DNA of 64,000 bases, taken from the IMG/VR virus record IMGVR_UViG_3300030101_001745, positions 37,547 to 101,546 of that record; one strand, written 5' to 3'. Every line of letters starts with the position of its first letter. Position 1 is the stretch's first letter. The stretch is from a virus. Made by a program: the position numbers and the translations under genes. Shown here piece by piece: positions 47,996 to 58,800 of the stretch. The notes under the pieces are model-generated. The model was not told the DNA's origin. It made no database searches and saw only the letters and a list, made by a program, of their open reading frames with translations.

Positions 47996-48250
47996 ATGAA
48001 CAAAACTAGGAGAACTAATCTAGAAATAATCTGTGATGAAATAGAGATTGCTAAGAGTGACATCCGAATGATGATGGATAGTATAATCGAGCATAGGATA
48101 AAGACAGGTACAACACGAAACCCGTTGCCTAACGATTACTACATTCACTGTGGATGGATTGAGAGTCTTATCTGGATGGAAACTAAGATGGAAGACTTAG
48201 AAGAGAGGATAGGAAACGGTTGGCAGTTCTCAAAGGGAGGTCAACCCTGA
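47996..48250 (+). CDS. Putative early hypothetical protein
   Basis: ATG 58 nt after a palindrome core. Confidence 0.6.
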   Translation: MNKTRRTNLEIICDEIEIAKSDIRMMMDSIIEHRIKTGTTRNPLPNDYYIHCGWIESLIWMETKMEDLEERIGNGWQFSKGGQP

Positions 48251-48423
48251 TGCCTGAGTATGTAGTGACAAAAACTGTGACAGAAGAGCATGTTTTCATC
48301 ATTGATGCTAGTGATGAGTTAGCCGCAGAGATAGAAGCACTAAATCATGACAAGTATTACTGTAATGCAACTAGTGCTAGTTATACCGATGTGAGCATAA
48401 CTGATGTAAAGGAGTTGTGCTGA
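48250..48423 (+). CDS. Small acidic hypothetical protein
   Basis: TGATG coupling, GGAGG SD, MPEYVVT start. Confidence 0.55.
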   Translation: MPEYVVTKTVTEEHVFIIDASDELAAEIEALNHDKYYCNATSASYTDVSITDVKELC

Positions 48424-48758
48424 TGGCTTACAATCCTAATTTTGACTATGCAGAAGATAAACCTACCATCAAAGGCAGAAATACCAACACTTGGTCTAAT
48501 AGACACAAGGAAGTAATTGAAGGTAAGGCAGGAGACAGCATCAGTAGAAAACAAGGACAAAGAGCCTACTGGTTTAGGTATGGTGCTTGGAGAGAGCAGT
48601 TTGAAAATAACAAAGGTAAAGTCCAAGAGGGCAAGATTAACCTTTGGTTTGCTCAGAGGCTCGCATCACAGTATCCTCACTGGCCCATTTCAGAGAAGCA
48701 CCAAGTATTACTGGACAGGGAAGCAGAGAGACTCGCAAAGGAGGCGGAGGGAAGATAG
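48417..48758 (+). CDS. Hypothetical protein
   Basis: Coupled to the upstream gene; followed by a hairpin at 48740-48777. Confidence 0.55.
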   Translation: MLMAYNPNFDYAEDKPTIKGRNTNTWSNRHKEVIEGKAGDSISRKQGQRAYWFRYGAWREQFENNKGKVQEGKINLWFAQRLASQYPHWPISEKHQVLLDREAERLAKEAEGR

Positions 48759-48903
48759 GTAATCTTCTCTCCCCTCCCATCAGGTATGATTATCCTAACA
48801 AAGTATTCTACAACCATATGGCTTTGCAGTTCAAATTTTTTTCTCAGGTAGATAACAAACAGGGGGCCAAGGTTAATCTAATTGGTAACTTTCGGGCCTA
48901 CCA

Positions 48904-49146
48904 ATGGTATCTAACTCATCTTGGTTTAACATTATCAAGCAAAATGATGAAGCGGGTAAAAGAGGTAGCGATAAAAAACGGGCTACCCATACAAAAGAAC
49001 AAACTACCTTGCCCCAAGAACTCCTAGATACTGCGTTATCGGAAGAACAGGTAAAAGAGATAAAGAGGCGCAATCCAAAGGTAGTTCCCGCGAAGGGAGT
49101 AGAAGAAGGAGGTAACTTGAAGCAAACTAAACTAGGTGATTATTAA
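48904..49146 (+). CDS. Small protein with W-motif (putative virion protein)
   Basis: 'SSWFNIIK'. Confidence 0.55.
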   Translation: MVSNSSWFNIIKQNDEAGKRGSDKKRATHTKEQTTLPQELLDTALSEEQVKEIKRRNPKVVPAKGVEEGGNLKQTKLGDY

Positions 49147-49277
49147 TTTCTACCTAGAAGGTGAACCTTATCTTGGGAATGGAGCAAGGTAGGAAGGTAA
49201 AATTTCGCTAGTGGCACAAAAATTACGGCCCAATTTTTGAGAATCTTTGTTTGCTCTACCAACTAACAGGTGATAAG

Positions 49278-49460
49278 ATGTCAAAAGTACCCTCAAAGAC
49301 AAGAATGAATAACGAGGCATGGTTTGACATACTCAGAATGGCGGGTGCTGTCACAAGCACCTCTTCTGGAACAAGTGCATTATTCAATAACAAAACGGGG
49401 GGCTACTCAATTGCGAACAAGAAAAAGAAGCGCAGGAAACGGCGAGATAAGGAAGGCTGA
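49278..49460 (+). CDS. Small basic protein with W-motif
   Basis: AGGTGA SD; 'AWFDILRM'; Lys/Arg tail. Confidence 0.55.
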   Translation: MSKVPSKTRMNNEAWFDILRMAGAVTSTSSGTSALFNNKTGGYSIANKKKKRRKRRDKEG

Positions 49461-50670
49461 GTTAATCCCCATAACTGATGCAAGCGGGCAAATAGTGATG
49501 GTTCCGCTACCCGGTGGATTGAACGATTTAGCCAAGCGGTTGAAAAAGTGGAAAAATGCCGCAAAGAGTCTTTCTGGTGACAAGTTATTCGTAGCAAGCG
49601 GAGACAATCTCCTGAAGATAATAGAGGCTCATGGAATCACAGGTAGAACGAAGGGAGGTGGCCCCCAAGGTACTGGTGAGAGAAGCGGTAGTGCCATGCT
49701 CGATGTTCTGGATAAACTGTCAAAACCGGGTAAGAGTATGCCCGGACAGAACCTTACCGCGCTGAAGAAACTGGAAGCATTGATGAAAGAGGTAGATAGG
49801 TCAGAAAGCAATCTCAATCCACAGAACGTGATGTTCAGCAACCCCACAGATTTCAATGATGCTGGAATTACCATAGACACCGAGCCAGTTTACGGACACT
49901 ACGTTACCCCAGAGTATGTTGATAGGATAGATACGAGGGCAGATGCTCTTGGCGACAAGTTTGAGGGAAGGAATTGGGGAAAGGCCGCGCCAGAAGATTG
50001 GTACAATGGCAACAAAGGACAAGCAAAGCCTCCTATGTGGCAAGCCATGTATGGTGATGGTACTGGTGAATTCAAAAGTGAAAGCCTGTATACCATAGTA
50101 AAAGACCTCAGAGAGTCATGGGGCAAGTCAACAGGTGCGGGTGGTGGAATACCCAAGCAGAACAGAATCAAGATTCAGTCAACAGCAGGTAAGGGCAGTT
50201 GGCAGAAGGCAATCAAACTAGATGGTATTGAAGACATAGCCAATGATATAATTGACAATATCAAATCCCAGAAGAGACAGAGCAAGTACGTTCGCAGGTC
50301 TGGAACCTTGAACTGGTCTGAGGTAGCAAGCGAGTTTGAGAAGAACCCCATACCCACAGATGGTGAGAGTGACGAGGCGCAAGAACTAGCAGGTCTTAGG
50401 GAGAACATAGAATTAGATTTCATCTGGATATCATTCCCTGCTAGGAAACAAGTCAACAGACTGATGTTCCATTTCATGAAGAAGGCGAATCTGGTTCTAG
50501 ATAACGACTTGCCAAAACTAGGTACAGGTGCAGACACGCTATACCTGTTCGTATCCTTGAAACAGGAGAGAGCGCAACAAGCATCTCGACAGAGAGCAGA
50601 GGAATACAGGCAGAAGAAAGATGGGGAGAAGAACATGAAGAAGTCATGGGAGGAAATTCTCAAATGTTAA
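49324..50670 (+). CDS. Hypothetical putative virion protein (start uncertain)
   Basis: Long ORF with C-terminal 'KKSWEEILKC'. Confidence 0.65.
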   Translation: MTYSEWRVLSQAPLLEQVHYSITKRGATQLRTRKRSAGNGEIRKAELIPITDASGQIVMVPLPGGLNDLAKRLKKWKNAAKSLSGDKLFVASGDNLLKIIEAHGITGRTKGGGPQGTGERSGSAMLDVLDKLSKPGKSMPGQNLTALKKLEALMKEVDRSESNLNPQNVMFSNPTDFNDAGITIDTEPVYGHYVTPEYVDRIDTRADALGDKFEGRNWGKAAPEDWYNGNKGQAKPPMWQAMYGDGTGEFKSESLYTIVKDLRESWGKSTGAGGGIPKQNRIKIQSTAGKGSWQKAIKLDGIEDIANDIIDNIKSQKRQSKYVRRSGTLNWSEVASEFEKNPIPTDGESDEAQELAGLRENIELDFIWISFPARKQVNRLMFHFMKKANLVLDNDLPKLGTGADTLYLFVSLKQERAQQASRQRAEEYRQKKDGEKNMKKSWEEILKC

Positions 50671-50746
50671 CTTGCTGTGATATGAAGATATCAAGAGAGA
50701 ATCTTGCAATCACCGTATGTCCATATTGTGGTGGCGGTGGTAGAAA

Positions 50747-52168
50747 ATGAGTTGGATGACAGTGTTGAAACAACCTGATAATTTCGATGAGCAGATGGCT
50801 AATCTAAAACAACGTCAACAACAGACCAAGAACATAACAAATACACGTTTGGCTAACATACAGCAAAATAGATTAAATCAAGCATATCAATCTGGAAATC
50901 AACAGACTCAGAATGTGCTTCCGCAAGTTACTGCAACTGGAACTGAGGAACAAGGCAAAGCACAAGATGACAACTTCGCGTTCTTTGAGCAACAACAAGC
51001 CGAGACAGACGCGGCTAGAGGAAAAGCCAACGCAGAGAAGCAAAAGAAACAAGCACAACTAGCGAGACAGAAAGACAAGGAAGCGGCTAACAGACGTAGA
51101 TTGATGGAAGGTGCTAAGGCCAAGGTAGGACAACAAGCCTCTAGGTTACTAGGCGAACCTTCGTTACCGAATGTGGAAACGGGAGCAAGAGTTGCAGGTT
51201 TACCCGGCAAGGTAATTCCAGCAGTTGGAAGTGTCATGGATGCTGTGCGCCCTAGTAGTATTGCTTCGGCAGTAAATACAGTAACTGGTGGTGCGGCAAA
51301 TAGGGTTACCAAACCGGGAAGAGAAAAGATAGGAAGACTTGCTAGTGCGGTAGGACAGAGAGTAGCAGACCCTGCGACTAGATTAGCAAGTGGTCAACAA
51401 CTCAGTGAAGAAAAGCAGAAGGAGCAAGAGAGAATACAATCAGAGATGGGAGATTACGCTACGGATGCTAGGGCAAGGAGCATTCTAACTAGGAATGTCA
51501 ATCCAGACGGCACTAGGAGAAAGAAGGATGAGATGAACATAACTGCTGAAGATGAGAAAGTCATAGCAGAGATTCAGAGAATAGAGAGCATACTAGAAGA
51601 CCCAGATAAATTGGCGGCAGGTAATCCAAAAACGGGTAGACCTTATTCTGATGCTGAGATAGAGGCAATGAGATTAAAGATAGAGAACTTGTATGGTGGA
51701 GGAATTAGCGACCCGAAAACAGGTAAGGCACTTCCCATACCAACGCAGAAGAAAAGGAAGTCATCTGCCGCGAGTAATTGGTTTAGCCGATTACTGTACG
51801 GAGACAGAACCAATCCAAAAGCAACAAAGGAAGTAACAAAAATGAAGAAAGTAGATTCAGACCAAGAGTACGACCACTACCGAGTGAACAAGCAACCGCC
51901 TGTTCCACCACTAGCAGAACCTCCGGGTGCGCCACCTCCAGTGGACATGTCTGGAATGGACCCTGCTTCAATGGGGATAGGAATGCCAATAATTCCACAG
52001 ACACCTGCACCTGCGCCTAACATGTCACAAGGGCCACCAGACCCAGAGACTGGAGAACCCAGAACAAGGGGAAAGGAATTCACGGTTGACCCAGAAGAGG
52101 AAGCCGATGACGAAATGGAAACTAGCATGAACAAGAGTGAGTGGTTCAATACATTGAAGACAGAGTGA
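50747..52168 (+). CDS. Low-complexity putative virion/internal protein
   Basis: N-terminal MSWMTVLK, C-terminal KSEWFNTLK; Gln- and Pro-rich regions. Confidence 0.65.
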   Translation: MSWMTVLKQPDNFDEQMANLKQRQQQTKNITNTRLANIQQNRLNQAYQSGNQQTQNVLPQVTATGTEEQGKAQDDNFAFFEQQQAETDAARGKANAEKQKKQAQLARQKDKEAANRRRLMEGAKAKVGQQASRLLGEPSLPNVETGARVAGLPGKVIPAVGSVMDAVRPSSIASAVNTVTGGAANRVTKPGREKIGRLASAVGQRVADPATRLASGQQLSEEKQKEQERIQSEMGDYATDARARSILTRNVNPDGTRRKKDEMNITAEDEKVIAEIQRIESILEDPDKLAAGNPKTGRPYSDAEIEAMRLKIENLYGGGISDPKTGKALPIPTQKKRKSSAASNWFSRLLYGDRTNPKATKEVTKMKKVDSDQEYDHYRVNKQPPVPPLAEPPGAPPPVDMSGMDPASMGIGMPIIPQTPAPAPNMSQGPPDPETGEPRTRGKEFTVDPEEEADDEMETSMNKSEWFNTLKTE

Positions 52169-52172
52169 TTAC

Positions 52173-52829
52173 ATGATTACCAGAAAGCGATGTCAACTCT
52201 GCCAGCATGAGAATCGTGACCAACTTGAGGCAGACCTAGATGACATGGTGATTACTGCTGATGAGTTAGATAGATTGGAGAACTGGCCTAGTGGGACATC
52301 TGCCAAGCACCAGAGGAACCACATGACAGGATACACCAAGTCTGCGAATCCGAAGTGTGTACTCTGTACTTCCGAGAGTCGCTCTGAGTTGGAAACGAGA
52401 ATTCACTCTGGCGAAATCTCACCGTCTGAGGTTGCTGATTTCCTAGGTTGCACAGACGACCAAGTGTTCAGGCACATGACACATCACCTACAACCATTGG
52501 TGCAACAATCTGCGGCGAACCTAATCGCACAGAAGGAAGTCAATGAGATAGATACTCTAAGCAACAACATCAACAGGCTTGAGGCCAAGGTGGATGAGTT
52601 GTTCGCACAGGATGCTCTTGACCCCAAGTACATTGACTCGCTAACCAAGTTGGCAAAGGAAATTCGTGAGAGCCTCAAGTACCTCATGGAGTTCAAGGGC
52701 AAGTTAGTCCACAAGAGACAGGACACAGTTATCGTTCACCAGATGCAAGTAATCAAGGAGGTTCTAGCACAGAACCATCCTGATGTCTGGTTGGATGTGA
52801 GGAAGCAGATGGAGAGTCAGATGCAATGA
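52173..52829 (+). CDS. Terminase small subunit-like protein
   Basis: Two CxxC...HxxxH HTH repeats followed by a coiled-coil oligomerisation region; in the packaging module. Confidence 0.55.
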   Translation: MITRKRCQLCQHENRDQLEADLDDMVITADELDRLENWPSGTSAKHQRNHMTGYTKSANPKCVLCTSESRSELETRIHSGEISPSEVADFLGCTDDQVFRHMTHHLQPLVQQSAANLIAQKEVNEIDTLSNNINRLEAKVDELFAQDALDPKYIDSLTKLAKEIRESLKYLMEFKGKLVHKRQDTVIVHQMQVIKEVLAQNHPDVWLDVRKQMESQMQ

Positions 52830-53311
52830 GTTGGCAAACCATATTGAAGAAGCCATACTCCGTTGGTGGAACAGAAACTCCCTTTTTATATCAAGGAAGC
52901 CAATCAGAAGAAGATACGGGCTACTGGACACCTTACTTTAATCAAGCCGTAGTTTATGCTGTCTACGGTTCTGAAGCCGACACAAAAAGACCTATGAAAG
53001 ATACAGGCAAACCTACAATAAAGCAAGCAAAAGAAACTGAAGAAGACATTGACTTGGAAGATGACCCGGAATATACAATGGCGGGTATGGGTAAGTTGGA
53101 CTATACTTTGGTTTCGGATAAAGTGATTAAGGAATCAATAGATGATTTGATTGAACAACTAGAGTTTGTCGGTTATGATGAATTTGGGAGTAATGGGGTT
53201 AACTACGCACCTGTTCAACAGTTCAATCAATTAATGGAAACTACTGCAAAGTTCTATTCAAACGAAGAGAGAATACAACACGCTGAGAAAATGAAGGAGA
53301 AGATGCAATGA
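52826..53311 (+). CDS. W-motif protein with possible ADP-ribosyltransferase-like core
   Basis: MSWQTILKK; 'LYQGS...GYWTP...AVVYA'. Confidence 0.45.
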   Translation: MSWQTILKKPYSVGGTETPFLYQGSQSEEDTGYWTPYFNQAVVYAVYGSEADTKRPMKDTGKPTIKQAKETEEDIDLEDDPEYTMAGMGKLDYTLVSDKVIKESIDDLIEQLEFVGYDEFGSNGVNYAPVQQFNQLMETTAKFYSNEERIQHAEKMKEKMQ

Positions 53312-53571
53312 GTTGGGAATCTATCATAAAGAAAAAATCTGATTTAACACTACCGAGAGGAATTCAAAAAGTTCTACAAGCAGAAGAAAAAGAATATGAT
53401 AGAGGTCTACTTGTTAAACTTTTGAAAAATGGAGGTTATGAAGTTGCATATTGGTATGACGAGCATAAGCCATATCCAGTTGAGGTTCTAGTTGATGGTA
53501 AATCTATCAAGAAGGATGCTAAGAAAGTGACTTTGAAGTTCCATCCTGAATTAAAGGAGAAATCAAAATGA
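53308..53571 (+). CDS. Small W-motif protein
   Basis: MSWESIIKK. Confidence 0.6.
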   Translation: MSWESIIKKKSDLTLPRGIQKVLQAEEKEYDRGLLVKLLKNGGYEVAYWYDEHKPYPVEVLVDGKSIKKDAKKVTLKFHPELKEKSK

Positions 53572-53626
53572 TATTTACAACTAAGATGGATTTTGAGACA
53601 TGGTATAACCAAGGAGAGATATACAG

Positions 53627-53914
53627 ATGAAATGGAAAGAAGTGATAAAGAAGAAAGGATTGCCAAAGGATTTCGTACCTAGTGATGACTTTAGGGCAGA
53701 TGCAAAGAGATTAGGAATTGCTGTGCGACCAACTCCGTTAACTGATGATGAAATTGAAGAACACATCATAGGGCGGTCTAAGACACCACAGGAGAGGGTA
53801 TCTACAACACCATCTACAGGTCAAGATGAAGAAGCCGCCAAGAGAACCAAGGAAAAGGAAGCGGAACTTCTGGCTAGAATACAAGAAAGGAATAAGAAGG
53901 CAAGGCAGGAATAG
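53627..53914 (+). CDS. Small W-motif protein
   Basis: MKWKEVIKK. Confidence 0.6.
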   Translation: MKWKEVIKKKGLPKDFVPSDDFRADAKRLGIAVRPTPLTDDEIEEHIIGRSKTPQERVSTTPSTGQDEEAAKRTKEKEAELLARIQERNKKARQE

Positions 53915-53916
53915 AT

Positions 53917-55818
53917 ATGTCATGGCAAGACCTACTTAGGGCAGATATAGAATCTGAGAAAACCCCCAAGAAGGTTGACCCTGAAAAGTCAGTTAACAGT
54001 TGGAGAAGAACATCCACTAAATCTAGAATCTTTAGAGTTCTTAGTGGGTTAGAACGTGAACGTTTCAAGTATGGGAAGAAGGAAGACCCCAAGGATAAGG
54101 GCGTTGAGACATTAGATGATGCAGGATTCATTCAAGCAATAAAGGACAGGATGCTTGACCTTCGTTCTGTAAAGAGAGTGTTGGAAAAAGAGATGAGCAA
54201 GTTCAACGACATGAGCGATGAGGAATTCCTAGAGTATAACGATGAAGATATGCTGATGGATGATGAGTGGAGAGCCAACTACAAACAGGCGATGGATGCG
54301 ATAAAGAATCTAACTAGTGGTGGTAGAACAATATCTCCAGAGGTATCGCAACTTGCTAGGAAGTTCGTCAATGGGGATACCCAACCTCTTGTAGATAGGA
54401 TGAAGCAAGCACTTGAAGAGAAACTAGATACTGGAGAAAGAAAGTATCACCGATTCTTGAAAGACCTAAGAGCATGGGAGAACAAGAATGACGAACTGTT
54501 GGATAAGGTAGAGGAACTAGCGAACGAGGAAATAACTGCCTTGTTTGAGAAAGCGGGTTTCTCAGAAGCGATGCAAGCAGAGAGTCAGCAGATTGGTGAC
54601 ATCACAGGACAGTTCGCAGTAAGATACTTGGAGGAAGTGGGTAACAAGGTAGGCTCTTCTGGTAGAAGTTCCAAATTTGCAGGTAGAACTGAGTTTTTGC
54701 CATTTAGGAAGGGGTTGTCATTAGCAGGTAAGGATGATTTCTTCAATGACATATTCATTAGAGACAAAATTCTGTCTCCGGGTATGATTTACATCCTAGA
54801 GAATGAGCAACTAGGTAATATTGACAATATCGGTAGAAAAAGTAGGGCAGAGAACAATGTTTTTGCCAATTTGAAGAGAGAATATGAAAACAATCCAGAA
54901 GGAGAGGGGCTTTCGGCTCTTGCAAGGCTCTTCGGAGAAAATATCACCGATAAAAAGAAGTTTTTACAGGAATTGAGTAAAAATGCGCCTCGTTTGAATG
55001 AATTCAAAGCAATGGTCGAGTCTCAGAGGTTCTCGATACCAGAAAATGACTACGAAGCACTAATTTTAGATGAGAGTGAGGTGGATACTGAGTCCATTAG
55101 TCGTTCTTCCCTGCGAAAATTGAAAAATTCCGAATTTTCACACGTTTTGGAAGGTAAATCGAGAGATGAGGTGTTTGAGTTCCTTTCTCCCATGCAAAAA
55201 GTCCTAAAAAAGATGGAAAAAAGCGGGGAGGGCGGAAGATACGTTCTAAATCCAGAAGCAGACACCATCGAAGAAGACAAAGATGCAATTTCTGCTCTTT
55301 TTTCTGAATCAATCGAGTCTCAGAGAGAAAAAATGGCTCAAGAGGCATTGAACCTACTAGATAAGACTGGTTCAAGAGGCGCAAGAACCTTTGAGGAAAC
55401 AACCACGGTTCCAACTAGGTACTGGAAGAAGATAAAGAGGAATATCAAGGAGAGTGACCCAACGAGTCTGAGTCTTGGTAAGATTATCGTAGTTTTATCT
55501 ACTTTGGAGAAGGCAACCCTACAAAGCAAGGAAGTCGAGCAAGCCGCTAAGGAATATTTTGGATTCTTGCAATTCGTAGCAGACGAAGGTGATGATGAAG
55601 ATACCAATGCGGAAATCATCGAACAGAACAGGAAAGAAGTGGAAGAGAAGAAGGAAGCACTTGAAACTGCATTAAGTAGCAAGTATTCGACCATCAGAAG
55701 TAAATTTCTAGAGATGCTTCGTATAAAGATGAATAGAATCTTAGCAAATCCACAAAAATATCCAACAAAAGGACAATTTAACATGGCTAGTTGGCTGAAG
55801 ACACAGGTGGCAGTATGA
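53917..55818 (+). CDS. Large helical putative virion protein
   Basis: 633 aa; MSWQDLLR. Confidence 0.65.
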   Translation: MSWQDLLRADIESEKTPKKVDPEKSVNSWRRTSTKSRIFRVLSGLERERFKYGKKEDPKDKGVETLDDAGFIQAIKDRMLDLRSVKRVLEKEMSKFNDMSDEEFLEYNDEDMLMDDEWRANYKQAMDAIKNLTSGGRTISPEVSQLARKFVNGDTQPLVDRMKQALEEKLDTGERKYHRFLKDLRAWENKNDELLDKVEELANEEITALFEKAGFSEAMQAESQQIGDITGQFAVRYLEEVGNKVGSSGRSSKFAGRTEFLPFRKGLSLAGKDDFFNDIFIRDKILSPGMIYILENEQLGNIDNIGRKSRAENNVFANLKREYENNPEGEGLSALARLFGENITDKKKFLQELSKNAPRLNEFKAMVESQRFSIPENDYEALILDESEVDTESISRSSLRKLKNSEFSHVLEGKSRDEVFEFLSPMQKVLKKMEKSGEGGRYVLNPEADTIEEDKDAISALFSESIESQREKMAQEALNLLDKTGSRGARTFEETTTVPTRYWKKIKRNIKESDPTSLSLGKIIVVLSTLEKATLQSKEVEQAAKEYFGFLQFVADEGDDEDTNAEIIEQNRKEVEEKKEALETALSSKYSTIRSKFLEMLRIKMNRILANPQKYPTKGQFNMASWLKTQVAV

Positions 55819-58800
55819 CGGTTGATGAATCAGAGTTTGCTATGTGGTTGAAGTCTCCAATGGATGACATTGAAGATTTTTATCTCGCTCAGATAGGGAA
55901 GGACTATCTGGAAGGAGGTAGCAAGTACAATCCTAGGAACATCAAGCAGGATTTACCAAAAGGACAGGAGTTGACTGGTGACAATCTAGATTCAGTATTC
56001 CAAGCACAGATTGGTGAACAGATAGACGGTGAACTAGATGTTCTCATGGAGAATAAGAAAAGGGAATACAAGAGGGAGAAAGACCTACTTTACAGATATC
56101 TTATAGATGATAGCAACGGTTTCACTTCTACGAAAAAGGATGAGAGCAAACTGATTCTCTCTGCTGATGGGGATTACACCGTTCAGCCACATATTGGGGA
56201 GACTGTGAGAGATATACAATCAAAGGGACTTTTGTTCGATGACTTCAAAGATGCGATTAGGCCACTTTTGAAAACCACCTTACGTGGGACGAACATCGGT
56301 AAGAGCCTCTTTGAAGAACAACTGAGATATGCAGTTACTCAGTTATCTGGCGAGAAGGGAATGAAGGCAGGAGATTTGACAAGTTCCTTTGAGGGAGATG
56401 TACAAGCAGTCACAAGAGTTCTTGGTAGGTTCATCAATTTGGTTTCTAGCAAACCAATGAGCGTTTCAGAAAGAAAGCAGGTAATGCAAGGTGAGAGGGA
56501 TGCTAGTGGTTTCGTATACAGGCCGGAGGACAAGACACAGGCAAGGCAACATCTACGAGTTATGGAAGACCAAACTTCATCTCAGTTGGAACCTCTGACA
56601 AATCAGATTAGAGAATTCATAGAAGAGGATGAAGAAGCAGATATCAAAATTACCAGAGCAAATATATCTGGTGAGTATCTCATTGGTGACTTGAACCTAG
56701 CAGACCTTGAGAGCAGAGATGAGATTTACAAGTATTGGGAAGAAGTAGCCACCAAGGACTTCAAGAATCTCCAAGTCAAGTATAATGATTTGAGAAAGGC
56801 TTTCCTCAAGCACAAGGATATCCTCATTGGTGAAGGAGATAATATCAATGAACCTCTAAGCAAACTGATAGATGAGTACCTTGAGTTCGATGCTAAATTT
56901 GAATCTGCATATGATGATGGTATGAATTACGTCTTGCCATTCAAGGCATCACCTATGCAAGCCGCCGCTAAAGATTCATCTGATAAGGTGAGGACTCTCT
57001 TCGATACATTCCTACGAGACATGAATCTGGTAGATACAGGGTCACAGACCGAGTTGGACATGGAGACTCTACGAGAGAGACTTCTAGAAATAGGTGCAGT
57101 AGAGAGAGATGAAACAAGAACTACTGTGACTCAGAGAGGACAAGGAGAAGATGAGACTACTTCTGCATCAGCAAGAACCGAGATAGGGACTGACGGCAAA
57201 AGGCCCATCGAAGACGCGGGCGCACAGTACAGGTCTGAAAGACAGGCTGAGAAAGCAAGATACCTTGAGAGTATAGGAGAAACAGTTAGAGAAATAGATG
57301 AGTTGATAGAAGCCAAAGAAAAGTTTGACTTTGACGCATTGGCAGAAGATGTTGACCCACTATTCGCATATGCATTCGCCAAGGATGGTAGTGCATTCAA
57401 GAACACCGCCATCCTAGAGCGCGAACTAAACAAACTCAAGATAGGATTGGAAACCAACATCTTCGGTTTGGACTTGGATTATGACGAGAAGATTACAGAT
57501 TGGATAGAGTCTCTTTCCAAGGCCGCTACACAAGGAGATACTAGACAGGTATACTACCTTCCACTATCTGCTACCCTAGAAGAAATAATACTAGGAAAGG
57601 GCAGGGAATCAAAGGGCAAGGCTCTGTTCAGAATCATAGAAGCAGTATCTCCTAGAAGACTGGAAACTAACAAGAAGAACATCAGCCAATTCTTGGAACT
57701 TATAGCATCGTTCGTGGAGAAGGGAGACAGAAGGTCTGGCCCATCCAGTAGCGTTAGAACGAAGACCAGTCAACAAGCAATTACTACAGACCCAATGGGA
57801 ATAGACTCCATCTTCCCAGCCAGAAGCAATGACGAATCTTATCTCAATGACATACAAACCGTGAGAAGAGAATTCGATGACCTTCTAGATGCAGTTATTG
57901 ATTACTATGTCATACCCATTGAGGGAATGTACATGCCTTTCGATGATGACAGTTCATTCATTAGTGAACAAACAAGTGGGGGTGTGTTTGGTGCATTGAC
58001 GAAGGGAATGGTAGATGATGGACTGTTCGCAGTCATGGCGAAGGAGAAGGAAGATGGAACGTTCGTTGATAGAGAAGACATCATTGATTTCGCTGATGTC
58101 TTGAAAACTATGTCTGAACCTAGTTTCGGAGAAAACGCGAAAAATTTCAAGTTAATGCTAACAGAGTTACAGAAGGATGTAATGTCTAGAGTATATGGTC
58201 AAAGTCCCAAATCAACATTAGGGGAGAAGATGAAGGAAGAGTTAGGTTCGTACTTCTTCCATATGGCAAAGAGAAACAATGTCGATGACTATGAGAACAT
58301 ACTTCTTTGGAACACCCCTGCAAGAGTATGGAAGGACAGGCACAAGGAGAATCCAAGGAAAGCCGCCGCACCCTTCATCTCATTTGTTAATCACGTTAGA
58401 AGAAATGCTGGAGGTTCTGGCAAGGGTTCCAAGAGTGGAACTGGTAGTGACAAGAGTAGATACTTGAGAGAAAAAGGAAGAGGTAGTGATGACTCTGAAC
58501 TTAGAGAGGCACTACAGGTCTTCAATGAAATCAGAGAGAGATTCAACATTACGAAGAGTATCGAAGAGATGAGGATTCTTGCCGCACATGATGGAATAAG
58601 AAAGATGTTAGGTAAGCCAGTCTACTATGGAACATCCAATCTAGATGACTTCGGACATATAGCCAAGGCACAAGATACGCTAGTGAAGTCTTACAATGTA
58701 GACATTTCAGCAGTAGAGATTGAGAACATTGTTAATGAATTTGATTCTATGGAGTCACTTGCTAAGAAATATGGAGTTCCTTCTGATAGTGTCTATTATC

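Larger units (their letters stand above)
45221..48822. repeat. Six dispersed palindromic sites CAAAGT-N4-8-ACCATATGGT-N4-6-ACTTTG
   Basis: Cores at 45221, 45899, 46296, 47063, 47938 and 48813; all intergenic. Confidence 0.9.

Noticed and set aside
45221-48822. CRISPR or mini-CRISPR array
   Set aside because: Repeats are 400-900 nt apart and separated by whole genes; no constant-length spacers.
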